Part shown: positions 17,805-27,770 of the stretch, in pieces | How positions within the stretch are numbered: position 1 is the first letter of the stretch | Layout of the letters: every line of letters begins with the position of its first letter | Sequence record: MH675927.1 | Origin: Escherichia phage vB_vPM_PD114 | DNA: 64,000 bases | Strand: one strand, 5' to 3' | The notes under the pieces: model-generated | The model's input: only the letters and a program-made list of their open reading frames with translations | Databases searched by the model: none | What the model was told of the DNA's origin: nothing | Program-made: the position numbers and the translations under genes

Positions 17805-18748
17805 TATAAATCCTCGATAAGCAGTCTGCGGGTTTCATTTAAATCATCAATATTGTAGTTATCTCTTACATACTTAGCAAGAGCCAATCCTTTCTCAATA
17901 CAAACATCAGGAGATTCGATTAAGTATTCTACAATATCTTTCCACTCTTTAACTGAATCAGCAAAGAAGATTAGATCTTTAAACTCTTCAGTATAATAGT
18001 TCTCTCTTGGTGAACAAACGAGTGGCAAACCTTTAGCACCAGCTTCAAGAATTTTTAAATTACTTTTGGCATTATTAAAATGATTATTTACTAATGGAGC
18101 TATGGAGATTTGATGACCATCGTATGCTTCCATATAACACTCATAAGGACGAATACCTTCATAAACACAATCTGGTTGAATATCTTCTTTAATTTGCAAC
18201 CATTGAGCACTACTTAACTCTTCATGATCTCTACGAAATCCACATAAAGTTAAATCTTTACCAAAACTAGGAAGAATAGCTAAATCATGTTTATGTGTTT
18301 CACTTCCCGCCCAAACCAGTGGACTTTTAGAATAACGATCTTTCGTAAGAACAAACTGTCCTTCATCAAAAGGTAGTCCGTTAGGCACAATATGTACATT
18401 ATCATTGTATTGGCTTAATTCAACCTTTAATGCTGGAGTTGTTGTAGTTACAAGATCGCTTCTTTCAAGGAACCATTTTAGGTCATCTCGGATTTGATTT
18501 TCAAATAATCCTTCAAGCATATGCCCTTCAGGAATAATTAAAGAATCATCCAGATCCATTACCAATTTAAACCCAAGTTGTTTAAGAGCCAGGAAACCTG
18601 GCTTTCCACGGGTTGGTACTCCATTGAACACAAAAATATTATGCTTAGGATTAATGGTCAGTTTGCGTTTATATGGCAAAATGATTCTATGAAAATCACA
18701 TACACTATACTTTTCATTTCCGCGTGTGTCAAGAATAATATTAGGCAT
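17804..18748 (-). CDS. glycosyltransferase (GT-B-like), paralog 1
   Basis: C-terminal SNLKILEAGAKGLPLVCSP resembles the GT1/GT4 nucleotide-sugar binding motif; clear paralog of 18760-19734 (shared LPxDEGQFxLTKDRYS, YDGHxIxIAPLVxNxFNNxKSNLKILEAGAKGLP). Confidence 0.5.
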   Translation of the reverse strand: MPNIILDTRGNEKYSVCDFHRIILPYKRKLTINPKHNIFVFNGVPTRGKPGFLALKQLGFKLVMDLDDSLIIPEGHMLEGLFENQIRDDLKWFLERSDLVTTTTPALKVELSQYNDNVHIVPNGLPFDEGQFVLTKDRYSKSPLVWAGSETHKHDLAILPSFGKDLTLCGFRRDHEELSSAQWLQIKEDIQPDCVYEGIRPYECYMEAYDGHQISIAPLVNNHFNNAKSNLKILEAGAKGLPLVCSPRENYYTEEFKDLIFFADSVKEWKDIVEYLIESPDVCIEKGLALAKYVRDNYNIDDLNETRRLLIEDL

Positions 18749-18759
18749 ATGGCTCCTTG

Positions 18760-19734
18760 TTAAAGACTTTCAATAACTTGACGACGCAGTTCATTGGCAT
18801 CTGCAAGATTATAATTAAGACGAACGTGTTCTGCAAGCATCATACCACGATCTTCTGTGTATCTAGGGTTCCTCATTAGCTTGACAACTTCATAATGCCA
18901 AGATGCTTTAGAATCTGCATAGATAACAGCCTTTGCATCTACCGGATTGAAGTACGGCAGCACAGGAGAACAGATAATAGGAAGACCCTTTGCACCTGCT
19001 TCCAAAATCTTCAAATTGCTTTTACAGTTGTTGAAGTCATTGTCTACCAGAGGAGCAATTGCAATACTATGACCGTCATACACAGACATATACTCACCTA
19101 AATTTTTAATAGCTGGTTTATACTGTGCATTTGGAATTTTACGTTTTACTTTAACCCACTCCGCAGTAGTTAGATACTGACTATTATTTCCAACAGGTGC
19201 AGAAGGATACACTTCATAACCTGCAATTGTCAATAGCGTATCATCAAATGTATTAGCTACAAGAGATAAATCAGGTTCATGGCTTGCTCCTCCAGCCCAG
19301 ATAATAGGCGTGTCAGAATAACGGTCTTTTGTCAAAGTAAATTGACCTTCATCGTAAGGCAGTGCGTTTCTAATAACGACAACATTACGATTTAAATGAC
19401 GAATTTTGTAAGCCAGGTATTCTGTTGTTACTGTAACAACATCTGCTAACTTAACCATCTCTACAATAGTCTTTGAATGATTAGTAAATACGCCAGCCAT
19501 ATAATGTTCAGGATTAAGTGAATAAAAGTCATCTAAATCAACAATAATCTTAACACCTTGTGCCTTCAGGCGTTTAACTTCGTCTGCTCCATGAGAATAC
19601 ACTCTATTAAAAACTAAAACGTCTTTCTTAGGTTTAAACGTATTTCCAGCAAATGGCATTACAATACGATGGTAATCACAACCACTGCCTAACTTATTAT
19701 CACACTTAAGTACAGGAGTATTAGGATTTACCAT
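18760..19734 (-). CDS. glycosyltransferase (GT-B-like), paralog 2
   Basis: Same motifs as paralog 1; start placed at ATG 19734 (RBS AGGAGG) by alignment with paralog 1. Confidence 0.5.
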   Translation of the reverse strand: MVNPNTPVLKCDNKLGSGCDYHRIVMPFAGNTFKPKKDVLVFNRVYSHGADEVKRLKAQGVKIIVDLDDFYSLNPEHYMAGVFTNHSKTIVEMVKLADVVTVTTEYLAYKIRHLNRNVVVIRNALPYDEGQFTLTKDRYSDTPIIWAGGASHEPDLSLVANTFDDTLLTIAGYEVYPSAPVGNNSQYLTTAEWVKVKRKIPNAQYKPAIKNLGEYMSVYDGHSIAIAPLVDNDFNNCKSNLKILEAGAKGLPIICSPVLPYFNPVDAKAVIYADSKASWHYEVVKLMRNPRYTEDRGMMLAEHVRLNYNLADANELRRQVIESL

Positions 19735-20407
19735 ATTTTTGAGCCTCCTCATAAGAGATAAAAGTTTTACCATTGCGAAGATCCTCCAGTGATTGTTTAT
19801 ATTGTTCCCAGTTTACACCAATCCCCTGTTCTTTCTCTTCTTTTGACAGATTCGCAAAAGGTAAAGGATTGTCTCCAAACACATCGTCAGGATGGATAAA
19901 CGCCATAATTCGAATAGGACATGGTACGCCTGGAATACCTCGGTTCAAACCTGCCAGCGGAACGCGCTGAATCCACTCTGCATCTTCATATCCATAACCG
20001 TGGGTGTATGAGCGGAAATAGCCAGCTTTCTCAATAACTGCACGGGAATACATACCAAACTGGCACATCCCTAGTTCCCAAATAACCACTTCCCCTTCAA
20101 TACCTTTTACTTTATCTTTAAAGTATTCAGGCATACCAAAGAAATCCCAACCATTTTCCTTCGCCTGTTTTACAAAATATGTTTCCCAACCTTGAACAAC
20201 AGGATAACAATCATCATCAAAAATAAACCAGTAATCATACCCTTCATCATAAAACTTTTTCATCAATTCATTACGAGCATATGCAACACCTTTTCGTTCC
20301 CGATCATACTGTACAACAAAAGTAGCATTAGGATCAGTCACAAGATAGTCTTTAAGAGGACGCTTACCTACAGTAATAACACCAACACCAATTTTTGTAT
20401 TTTCCAA
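19721..20407 (-). CDS. glycosyltransferase, family 2-like (GT-A fold)
   Basis: GVAYARNE...YDYWFIFDDDCYP (DxD-type) and GYGYEDAEW motifs typical of GT2 enzymes. Confidence 0.55.
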   Translation of the reverse strand: MENTKIGVGVITVGKRPLKDYLVTDPNATFVVQYDRERKGVAYARNELMKKFYDEGYDYWFIFDDDCYPVVQGWETYFVKQAKENGWDFFGMPEYFKDKVKGIEGEVVIWELGMCQFGMYSRAVIEKAGYFRSYTHGYGYEDAEWIQRVPLAGLNRGIPGVPCPIRIMAFIHPDDVFGDNPLPFANLSKEEKEQGIGVNWEQYKQSLEDLRNGKTFISYEEAQKYGKS

Positions 20408-20416
20408 AATAACTCC

Positions 20417-20980
20417 TTAAATAATTTTATTCATGTCTTGACAATGTAAAAGGTGTGAAACAGCTTTTCTAGGATCATCGTTACCTAAACGATACGTGTG
20501 AAATAAATATAACCCACGTAGTAAACCTAGCCTTTTATTATTAGCATGTAATGCTTTAGAGAAAATTATATCAAACTGTATTGATCTTTCCTCAAAAGGG
20601 ATTTCATTCCACAGACTCTTACGAAAGAGAAGAAAGAATCCTGCTAAGATAGCATCTGTAGGTACTTCCTCTATTGAGTTTCCCCATTCTAGATGTGCTC
20701 TTTTTGCAATCTCAATGTGGTGTAATATATTTGGATCTTCACTTCTTTCATTATTAAATAATTGATATGTTGATCCTAATCTATTACAAGATGCACCAAG
20801 AACATCAAAATCAGGATTTGAACGGACTATTGATTCCAACCAAGCAGGTTGTTCTGGAAGAAGAAACATTGTATCAATGTCTCTTAGGCAAATCCAACTA
20901 TCTTCTGGTAAGACACTTATTGTGTCATTGATACCTTTTCCAATATCTCCAGAAAGATAGGGAGTTATGTGAAATATCAT
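20417..20980 (-). CDS. putative nucleotide-sugar transferase-like protein (tentative)
   Basis: ICLRDIDTMF DxD-like motif; fourth member of a contiguous glycosyltransferase cluster. Confidence 0.35.
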   Translation of the reverse strand: MIFHITPYLSGDIGKGINDTISVLPEDSWICLRDIDTMFLLPEQPAWLESIVRSNPDFDVLGASCNRLGSTYQLFNNERSEDPNILHHIEIAKRAHLEWGNSIEEVPTDAILAGFFLLFRKSLWNEIPFEERSIQFDIIFSKALHANNKRLGLLRGLYLFHTYRLGNDDPRKAVSHLLHCQDMNKII

Positions 20981-21037
20981 ACTCCCTCCGTATTATTACT
21001 TTAGCATTTTTAGACTAAAAAGTCCAAATGGTTTTAC

Positions 21038-21232
21038 CTATTGATTACGTTTTGCGAGTTCCATTTGGATAGCTAAACTGTGATCTCGTGCTTCCATATA
21101 CTCTTTATATGTTTCATTAAGATGATCACGACAAACATCACGCAGTTTAATCAGTTTATCTGTAGGGATACCACTAAGATCATCCCAAGATTTTACAACT
21201 TCACCAGTATCATTGATCCCAATGGTTTTCAT
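21038..21232 (-). CDS. hypothetical protein
   Basis: 64-aa ORF with AAGGAGG RBS. Confidence 0.4.
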   Translation of the reverse strand: MKTIGINDTGEVVKSWDDLSGIPTDKLIKLRDVCRDHLNETYKEYMEARDHSLAIQMELAKRNQ

Positions 21233-21440
21233 CTACAACCTCCTTAATTGCTACAGCACAGTTTTTGCAGATACACTGCCCTTTACCTTTAGAAATCTGG
21301 ATGTAAGGTTCATTTTCATCTTCGCCCTTACGTGAGTCATATATTACAGAATTGAAGCACACAACGCAAATATTTTTTAAGATTGTATACTTATCAACTT
21401 TCTTTTTTGTTTTAAAGTTAACTTCAATAACATCAGCCAT
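21210..21440 (-). CDS. hypothetical zinc-ribbon protein
   Basis: Start trimmed to ATG 21440, coupled to the upstream stop (TGATG); two CxxC pairs (CVVC, CKNC). Confidence 0.4.
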   Translation of the reverse strand: MADVIEVNFKTKKKVDKYTILKNICVVCFNSVIYDSRKGEDENEPYIQISKGKGQCICKNCAVAIKEVVDENHWDQ

Positions 21441-21718
21441 CAGTGTAACACTCCCAGTATGTTGTTTTGTGACATAACCATAGAACATTCAACAGTATCG
21501 TGACTACGTGAAAAACGTTCCCAAACATCTTCATCGACTCGTAAAGCTATACAAGGATAGACGTTATCATTGATCATTTCAATTGAATAAACATCCATAT
21601 TGTCTTCGTCTTCGATGAACATCATTGCAAACTGTTCTAAATGTTTCCTAATGTAATGTACATCCTCTTCTGTAAGACCAATAACAAGATAACTTGCAAC
21701 GATAACGCCATCTTTCAT
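21440..21718 (-). CDS. hypothetical protein
   Basis: 92-aa ORF. Confidence 0.4.
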   Translation of the reverse strand: MKDGVIVASYLVIGLTEEDVHYIRKHLEQFAMMFIEDEDNMDVYSIEMINDNVYPCIALRVDEDVWERFSRSHDTVECSMVMSQNNILGVLH

Positions 21719-21728
21719 CTATATCTCC

Positions 21729-22238
21729 TTAGCGATAGAATTGATGTTCTTTGTAGCGGTACACTAGAACCATATCTTTTTCCCAGTGTGCTCTTATTGT
21801 AGATTTTTTAAAGTATAATGCTCCTTTAGTAATATCTAGTGCAATTCGTAGTTCTGGAAAATGGTCATCGAGATAAAGCAGACGTTCTGCTATAGCCTTA
21901 GCTTCCTTCCACTTATCGTGTTCCATAACGTTGAATGTCTTTGTGTAAGAGAATTGTCCTTTTTGAAACAAAACTTCTTTTATAGTATCAGGGAAATATG
22001 AATCTCTCGCCCTATTCAATACTACATTACCAACAGCAGACATACCGCGCTTTCCTTGATTACGACTTTCTGCATAGATTGCACAAGCTAATAGATTTTC
22101 TTTACTATCACGCTTTGTACACTTGTGAACTACTTTAGCAGTTTTTACGTTTGCAGCTTCGGCTTGCGCCACAACAGGTGTAAATGTAAAAGCAGTTAAG
22201 GATAGTAACGCAATTGCGACAAAGGTTTTTATTGACAA
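21729..22238 (-). CDS. secreted cell-wall hydrolase, SleB/Hydrolase_2-like
   Basis: N-terminal signal peptide (IALLSLTAFTFTPVVAQA); CAIYAESRNQG...GMSAVGNVVLNRAR matches the SleB-type cell wall hydrolase signature. Confidence 0.6.
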   Translation of the reverse strand: MSIKTFVAIALLSLTAFTFTPVVAQAEAANVKTAKVVHKCTKRDSKENLLACAIYAESRNQGKRGMSAVGNVVLNRARDSYFPDTIKEVLFQKGQFSYTKTFNVMEHDKWKEAKAIAERLLYLDDHFPELRIALDITKGALYFKKSTIRAHWEKDMVLVYRYKEHQFYR

Positions 22239-22301
22239 ACTTGCCTCCTATTTTGTTAAACGAACTTTTATTGTAACACAGAAGAGGCTGTTTTGCAAGT
22301 G

Positions 22302-22320
22302 GAGGGGGATAATCCCCCTC
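22302..22320 (-). other. intergenic stem-loop (GAGGGGGAT-A-ATCCCCCTC)
   Basis: Perfect 9-bp inverted repeat downstream of 22331-22936; no clear U-tract. Confidence 0.3.
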
Positions 22321-22330
22321 TTAGACTCTG

Positions 22331-22936
22331 TTAGATATTGTAAACCTTTGTATGAGTTACTACACCATCTTCTACAAAATCAATACGTTCTTGATCCGTA
22401 ACCAGTGCAGACAACACTTTAAATTTAATTTTTACACGTTCAAAAGCTGGTTGACCATCTTTAAGATAATTATGTTCGGTTGTCACTGTCTTGTTTACAA
22501 AATCAACTTTCGCTTTACCGTTTTCGCGTAGGTGGAATGTTTTTCCTGCTTTGTACACAATTTCAACATTACCTTCGAGAATAATTCCTTCAAAAAGTTC
22601 ACCATCTTCTTCTTCATTTTCTTCACTTTTGAACAGACGACGAAACTCTTCCATATCAAGATAAACAACATCTTCAGAATGACTATCAGTAAGGTATGTC
22701 CTACCATCCATTAACCCGAAATATTGCCAGATTGCAGAATAAACATCACAAGTTGATCCTGCGGTTTCCTCTAGTTTAGTTCCACGGATTACTTCATAAA
22801 CTTCAAAATTAAAACCAGACTGCAAAGCATTAAACAGTACATCACTAACTTCTAAAGCATAATCTTCATTGTTGTCAATATCTACAAGAAAATTGCCGCT
22901 ACGAATAAGTTTTTGACCTTCTAAAGTAATACTCAT
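22331..22936 (-). CDS. hypothetical acidic protein
   Basis: 201-aa ORF with RBS. Confidence 0.45.
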   Translation of the reverse strand: MSITLEGQKLIRSGNFLVDIDNNEDYALEVSDVLFNALQSGFNFEVYEVIRGTKLEETAGSTCDVYSAIWQYFGLMDGRTYLTDSHSEDVVYLDMEEFRRLFKSEENEEEDGELFEGIILEGNVEIVYKAGKTFHLRENGKAKVDFVNKTVTTEHNYLKDGQPAFERVKIKFKVLSALVTDQERIDFVEDGVVTHTKVYNI

Positions 22937-22961
22937 TGTTTTCTCCTCTTTTATTTTAAAT

Positions 22962-22981
22962 ATGCGCCCCGAAGGGCGCTA
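22962..22981 (-). other. intergenic stem-loop (GCGCCC-CGAA-GGGCGC)
   Basis: GC hairpin between TerD stop and the next gene start. Confidence 0.3.
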
Positions 22982-23000
22982 TGATTTATTACCTGACTTA

Positions 23001-23597
23001 TTACTCGAACCAATCGTCGCCAGCGCCAAACGCTTTAACTACATCGTAAATATCAAGCCCAGCTTTACCTACACCATATGCTTTCAGTTTCCATTCACTA
23101 TCTTCCCGTACCAGGGAGGCAACGTGGCAAATGGTGTTACCTGCAAGTTCTGGAGCCAAGAAATCAAAGTCCAGCAGTTCAACATTACGTTCATCATCGA
23201 AGATTTTAAGGAAACCTTCGGTAGCATGACCAAGGCGTTTCTTACCCGTTTCGTCATCAATAGTAATTACGAATGCAATTTCCTGTGCTTCAGCAGAGAT
23301 ATTATCCAGTGTAACATCAATCTGCTCCATTTGTCCTACACCGTCACGAACATCTTCACCTGCAAAAGTAGAACGTTCAGGATCAAATTTCTGTGCGTAG
23401 CATACCAGGTGGCGAGGAGACAACAGTTCCGGCAGACCAGATGCATTGTGTCGGCAAATCAGAGCACTAACATCCAGATCCAGTTTTTCGTTAGATTTCC
23501 AAGAGAATTCCAGACGAATACGTTTCAGTGCTGGTGCGATCTTTTTCAGAGAAACTTTTTCGCTAGAACCTTTTTTCAGGGAAATTTTCTGAGTCAT
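23001..23597 (-). CDS. TerD-domain protein (tellurium-resistance TerD/TerZ family)
   Basis: N-terminal ISLKKGSSEKVSLKK and C-terminal ...WKLKAYGVGKAGLDIYDVVKAFGAGDDWFE follow the TerD pattern (acidic core, C-terminal W-K-F-x-A-x-G-x-G); RBS AAGGAGA. Confidence 0.75.
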   Translation of the reverse strand: MTQKISLKKGSSEKVSLKKIAPALKRIRLEFSWKSNEKLDLDVSALICRHNASGLPELLSPRHLVCYAQKFDPERSTFAGEDVRDGVGQMEQIDVTLDNISAEAQEIAFVITIDDETGKKRLGHATEGFLKIFDDERNVELLDFDFLAPELAGNTICHVASLVREDSEWKLKAYGVGKAGLDIYDVVKAFGAGDDWFE

Positions 23598-23670
23598 AAT
23601 TTATTATCTCCTTTGTTGTTAATTTACGTTGTCTATTTTACTAATCTTTTCTACAAAGTCAAGCGTTTTT

Positions 23671-24465
23671 TTACGCTTTTGCTCCGAATTTTTTAACCCA
23701 CTCGCCAAACTCTTCGGATAACAGTTTATCGTAGAGTTCTTCATCAGACAAGGACAAATCTGCAATACCGATAAAATCAACATTATCGTATTCTTTTGCC
23801 AAGTCTTTCAGGAATTTAAAGTTTGCATTACCTACACCAACCATAAACCAGTAAACAGGCGTATTGCGGTGTTTGTTCAGTAAGCTACGTACTGCTGAAG
23901 TATCCATGTTCTCCCCGTCAGTTTGGAAGAAAATCATTGCAGGAGTACGATCAACTTGTGCATCAGTATCTACAACCTGTTCTACAACAGTACGTGTTAC
24001 TTCTACAAGTTCTTTTTTACCAGTTAATTTAGCAAGGAAACCCTTAGCCGGAACTTCTTCATACTCAACGACTTCGCGTGTAATATTTTTCATAGGTACA
24101 CTACCGAAGTATGTATCATAGATCTCTTGCATTACTGGAGCATAAGCAGTACCACCGTTGATGCAAACATTAGACATGCAAGAGCCGACATAATCATCAT
24201 ACACATCAGCCGTTGCAGGAGGCAGTTCAAAAGAAGAACTATTGAAAGCCCACATGTCAATCTGTGCATTGTCATCAAACTTCATACCAAACGGCAGCAG
24301 TTTACCTACAAAATCACTAACAGTGCCATCACGATACAGCTCACACATACTACCCGAAATATCTAAGGCGCTACCGACACGAAGAACAACATCGTTAATC
24401 TTTTTCTTACGCAGAGATACAGTAAGAGTTTCTTGACGTTTTTTAAGACTGATTTTATTGGACAT
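23671..24465 (-). CDS. von Willebrand factor A (vWA) domain protein, TerF/TerY-like
   Basis: MIDAS motif LDISGSM, downstream GGTAYAPV and IFFQTDGEN; short TerD-like N-terminal ISLKK segment; adjacent to TerD. Confidence 0.65.
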   Translation of the reverse strand: MSNKISLKKRQETLTVSLRKKKINDVVLRVGSALDISGSMCELYRDGTVSDFVGKLLPFGMKFDDNAQIDMWAFNSSSFELPPATADVYDDYVGSCMSNVCINGGTAYAPVMQEIYDTYFGSVPMKNITREVVEYEEVPAKGFLAKLTGKKELVEVTRTVVEQVVDTDAQVDRTPAMIFFQTDGENMDTSAVRSLLNKHRNTPVYWFMVGVGNANFKFLKDLAKEYDNVDFIGIADLSLSDEELYDKLLSEEFGEWVKKFGAKA

Positions 24466-24466
24466 A

Positions 24467-24736
24467 TTATTTCTCCTTTCTGAGTGTAATGTTAGTAACT
24501 TCTAAATCCACTTCTACCATTTCTGTATCATATGAAATACAGCTAAGTTGACCTCTTTGTGAACCGTTCAGACACATTGCTTGGTTTGTATTAACTTTAA
24601 TAAACACTAAGTTTCTGAACGTATCTAAACCAGAATCTTGATACGCAACATAATATACGAATGTATCACCTGCGTCAAGTTCTCCAAAACATTTAGGTTC
24701 ATCTGATTTATCGTCTTTGATATTAAATTTAAGCAC
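24467..24736 (-). CDS. hypothetical protein
   Basis: 89-aa ORF tightly packed in operon. Confidence 0.4.
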   Translation of the reverse strand: MLKFNIKDDKSDEPKCFGELDAGDTFVYYVAYQDSGLDTFRNLVFIKVNTNQAMCLNGSQRGQLSCISYDTEMVEVDLEVTNITLRKEK

Positions 24737-25292
24737 TGTCTTCTCCTTTACCTGCTCTCAAACCTAAATAGAAAGCCTCTCTGGTGATCTTTTGCAACTC
24801 GTTTAAAGAGATAGTTACAACTAAATCATCTTCAATTTCTAGCTTTGAGTCTTCTTCTGTCTCAATGCAAGTATTATGCACTTTGTGGTAAGGATTGTCA
24901 ACACGTTTAAATTTATTATTTTCAGTGCTGAAGAAGCAATCTGGATCTTCTTCTCCATCACCCCAGCCCTGGTTAGGGTCTTCTTCAGATCTTTCTGTTG
25001 GGATCTCACCTGTAAAGTGCTCTTCTAATACCATAGCGATACCATCTCCAAGATCGGAAGAGAACATCAAATTACAAACTTCTTCCCAAGGCGTAGACCA
25101 CTTAAAACTTTTACGATTGCCATGTTTATCTTCTTCGTTAGAGAAAACACTACCATAGCTATCATAATTGCCATACATCTCTTCAACAACTTTACCACCT
25201 TTCAAAAGAAATAGGTAGCAAGGAGAGCCATCGAAAGAGGTAGAAAGAGCAGCATTACCAGACTCTTTGCACAAGAAACTAAAACACCCCAT
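24729..25292 (-). CDS. hypothetical acidic protein
   Basis: 187-aa ORF. Confidence 0.4.
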   Translation of the reverse strand: MGCFSFLCKESGNAALSTSFDGSPCYLFLLKGGKVVEEMYGNYDSYGSVFSNEEDKHGNRKSFKWSTPWEEVCNLMFSSDLGDGIAMVLEEHFTGEIPTERSEEDPNQGWGDGEEDPDCFFSTENNKFKRVDNPYHKVHNTCIETEEDSKLEIEDDLVVTISLNELQKITREAFYLGLRAGKGEDSA

Positions 25293-25492
25293 TATACACC
25301 AGCCTTAAGATCAATTAAAGCCAAAGTTGTTTCAGAATGTGTTTGCTCGTCTACAGGTGCAGTCATATGATAGTACAAAAAGTCTTCGGCATCATACCAA
25401 TCTGACTCTTGACCTTGTTTCCAACCATCAATGAAAGCATCTTCCATAATGGTTTGTAATTCTTCACGAGTTAAGTGAATATCTTTATTCAT
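25292..25492 (-). CDS. hypothetical protein
   Basis: 66-aa ORF, abutting neighbours. Confidence 0.35.
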   Translation of the reverse strand: MNKDIHLTREELQTIMEDAFIDGWKQGQESDWYDAEDFLYYHMTAPVDEQTHSETTLALIDLKAGV

Positions 25493-25725
25493 TACACATT
25501 CTCCTCTTTTACCAATCCCATCGTTGAACTATCAAAACCATCTTTAGAAGAATAGGTATAGACAGAACGTAGTTCTCGCAGGACAGTAAACACATTAGGA
25601 TCATCTAACCAAGCATCCTGGAGGAGAACATAACGATCTTCATTGTCGTACTGGACAGCGATCATAGAACCAGACAGTTTGTAAATTTTAATATTCATAA
25701 TATATTTCTCCTTAAAGTAGACCAC
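25492..25725 (-). CDS. hypothetical protein
   Basis: 77-aa ORF. Confidence 0.35.
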   Translation of the reverse strand: MVYFKEKYIMNIKIYKLSGSMIAVQYDNEDRYVLLQDAWLDDPNVFTVLRELRSVYTYSSKDGFDSSTMGLVKEENV

Positions 25726-26815
25726 GTTTAACAGTTTGAATCATACCATCTTCAAGAGATTGTACTTCTTGAATGTAATCAATACGAGCAGCACGGGCTT
25801 CAGTGTTGATTCGGTTAGTTTCTTCCAACATTTTAACTAAGTTTTCTTGATCGCGACGTAATGTTTCAATATCCAATACTTGACGATTAGCAAGTTGCGT
25901 AGCTTCAATTTGGTTTTGTGCAGCCAGATCACTACCCATTGCAATAGCCGCATTAAATTCATTCAGTACATTGTTCTGTGTATCGGCTGCTTTCTTCTGG
26001 CGTAGACTTTCAATATACATAGAAAAGTTTGCAGAGTAAGCAGGAATAACATTATTCACAATATTACGGGCTGATCGCATCAAACTTGCAGATACTTTCT
26101 GCATACTTTGTACACGTGGCCCCATCTGAACACACAGTAAACGCAAGGCTTTCAGGTCTGCAATACGAATTTCAAGCAGATCCATAGTATCACGAGTACG
26201 TTGACGCTCTTCTACTTCATTTTCAGGTAGTGTATTAAGGCGAACTTCTTCTTTTTCATAAGTAGCTGTTAGAAGCTCTATATCCCTGTTTAAGCTAAGA
26301 GCATATTTTGCAATAGCCTCTTCTAAACGTTGCAGATATCGTAAAGAATCTTCTTCTTTTTTCAAGTCTGTTTGGAGTGTCTTTACCAAACCTTCAATAC
26401 GATTATTGATGGTGTCAAATTCACCAAACAAATCTTCTTTCATACCTAATACTTTCTTAACTAGTTTACCTAAGCCTTTAGATTGTTTAATAGAGTTAGG
26501 ATCAAGTTGCTTTGCTTGCTTAATAAGTGCAGTTAAACGTTCACTCATTTCATCTCCCTGGGATGAACGCTGGTGTTTAAGCACTTCAGCATTAAGGTTA
26601 CGAAGAGTAAGTCCTGCATCAGCACCAACCTGTTCAATCTCTTCACGAGACATTGGAGGCAGCATTTGTACAGGTCGTGCAACAGCAGGGGCATATACAG
26701 GGCTTGCATCCATAGCACTTGGAGCAAACAAAGACTTACTTTTTTCTGTTGTTGCCGTGAATACACTCATTTCAGACGGTTTGCTTTTTACGGCACTAAT
26801 AAAAGGACTGGACAT
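25712..26815 (-). CDS. TelA-like (toxic anion resistance / KlaB family) protein, tentative
   Basis: 367-aa, strongly coiled-coil protein of TelA-like size and composition; GGAGG RBS; sits among TerD/vWA/TerC genes. Confidence 0.5.
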   Translation of the reverse strand: MSSPFISAVKSKPSEMSVFTATTEKSKSLFAPSAMDASPVYAPAVARPVQMLPPMSREEIEQVGADAGLTLRNLNAEVLKHQRSSQGDEMSERLTALIKQAKQLDPNSIKQSKGLGKLVKKVLGMKEDLFGEFDTINNRIEGLVKTLQTDLKKEEDSLRYLQRLEEAIAKYALSLNRDIELLTATYEKEEVRLNTLPENEVEERQRTRDTMDLLEIRIADLKALRLLCVQMGPRVQSMQKVSASLMRSARNIVNNVIPAYSANFSMYIESLRQKKAADTQNNVLNEFNAAIAMGSDLAAQNQIEATQLANRQVLDIETLRRDQENLVKMLEETNRINTEARAARIDYIQEVQSLEDGMIQTVKRGLL

Positions 26816-26883
26816 TCAATTTCCTCCATATTCTTTAGTAGATGGTGATACCTCTGTACCACCATCATAACACAAATTAAGTA

Positions 26884-27735
26884 TTAAACAAACATATCTA
26901 AATAATTTGTAGTAATAAATGCTCCATCTGCTTCCAGATTAACATAACCAGTAGCATTAGTGGTTAAGAAATCCAGATCGAAGGACTCTTTAACACCCCG
27001 TACCTCAACACGAGAGATATCGAATACAGGTAGTGTAACAGCCTCTTCGTGCAATACCGTACCTTTGTAGGTTGCCTTAATGATAAACTTGATATTACCC
27101 GTTCCCGCATCATACAAAACACTTTCAAAGCCTTTGAGAGTATACTTATCACCAGAGGTGAAGTGCAAAGTTGCTTTGTTTACAGTACGTTTTTTACGAG
27201 GAGTTCCTTTCACACGTTTATGATCACTACGTTTTTTGTATTTAGGAATGAATACAAACGATACACTCTCAAGAAAAGTATCAACATCAAGGATTTTAAT
27301 ATCCTCTGTTTCAGCAAATTTTGAAGTCGTTGCATCAAAATGCTTTGCCCTGCGATCATACATAAAGATATCAAACCGATCTTCTAAATCAAACAAATTG
27401 TGTATCTTAATTTCAGAATGCTTGCACATTGCAGCAACCTTAAACTCTTCAAAACGTGGGTGTTCTACAAGCTCTTCAAGTTTTACACCAAAGACAGTAT
27501 ATTGTTTCGAAGTTTTTTCTGGCGTTGGCATTACAGAAGCATAATCACCGATTGCGCTTTTAAAGCAAAATTGTTCTTGACCTGTATTTTTACCAACGAA
27601 TTTACAGTATTCGTCATCGTGCATACTTTCTTTGGTAGTACCAACAAACTCAAAACCATCTTTATTCTTCTCAAGAATTTCTTGATTAAAGATCAAACCT
27701 TCCAGGCGATACACTTTACCAACTTCTAGTTTCAT
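26884..27735 (-). CDS. hypothetical protein
   Basis: 283-aa ORF; no motif recognised. Confidence 0.45.
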   Translation of the reverse strand: MKLEVGKVYRLEGLIFNQEILEKNKDGFEFVGTTKESMHDDEYCKFVGKNTGQEQFCFKSAIGDYASVMPTPEKTSKQYTVFGVKLEELVEHPRFEEFKVAAMCKHSEIKIHNLFDLEDRFDIFMYDRRAKHFDATTSKFAETEDIKILDVDTFLESVSFVFIPKYKKRSDHKRVKGTPRKKRTVNKATLHFTSGDKYTLKGFESVLYDAGTGNIKFIIKATYKGTVLHEEAVTLPVFDISRVEVRGVKESFDLDFLTTNATGYVNLEADGAFITTNYLDMFV

Positions 27736-27770
27736 CTGTTTCTCCTTCTTATTTAATCTGTATTAAATTA

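Noticed and set aside
22962-23696. 244-aa plus-strand ORF from the six-frame track
   Set aside because: It lies antisense to the TerD gene, has low-complexity composition and no RBS; it is a shadow ORF of the minus-strand gene.
26406-26870. 154-aa and 91-aa plus-strand ORFs overlapping the TelA-like gene
   Set aside because: Antisense to a well-supported minus-strand gene in a module transcribed entirely from the minus strand; no RBS.
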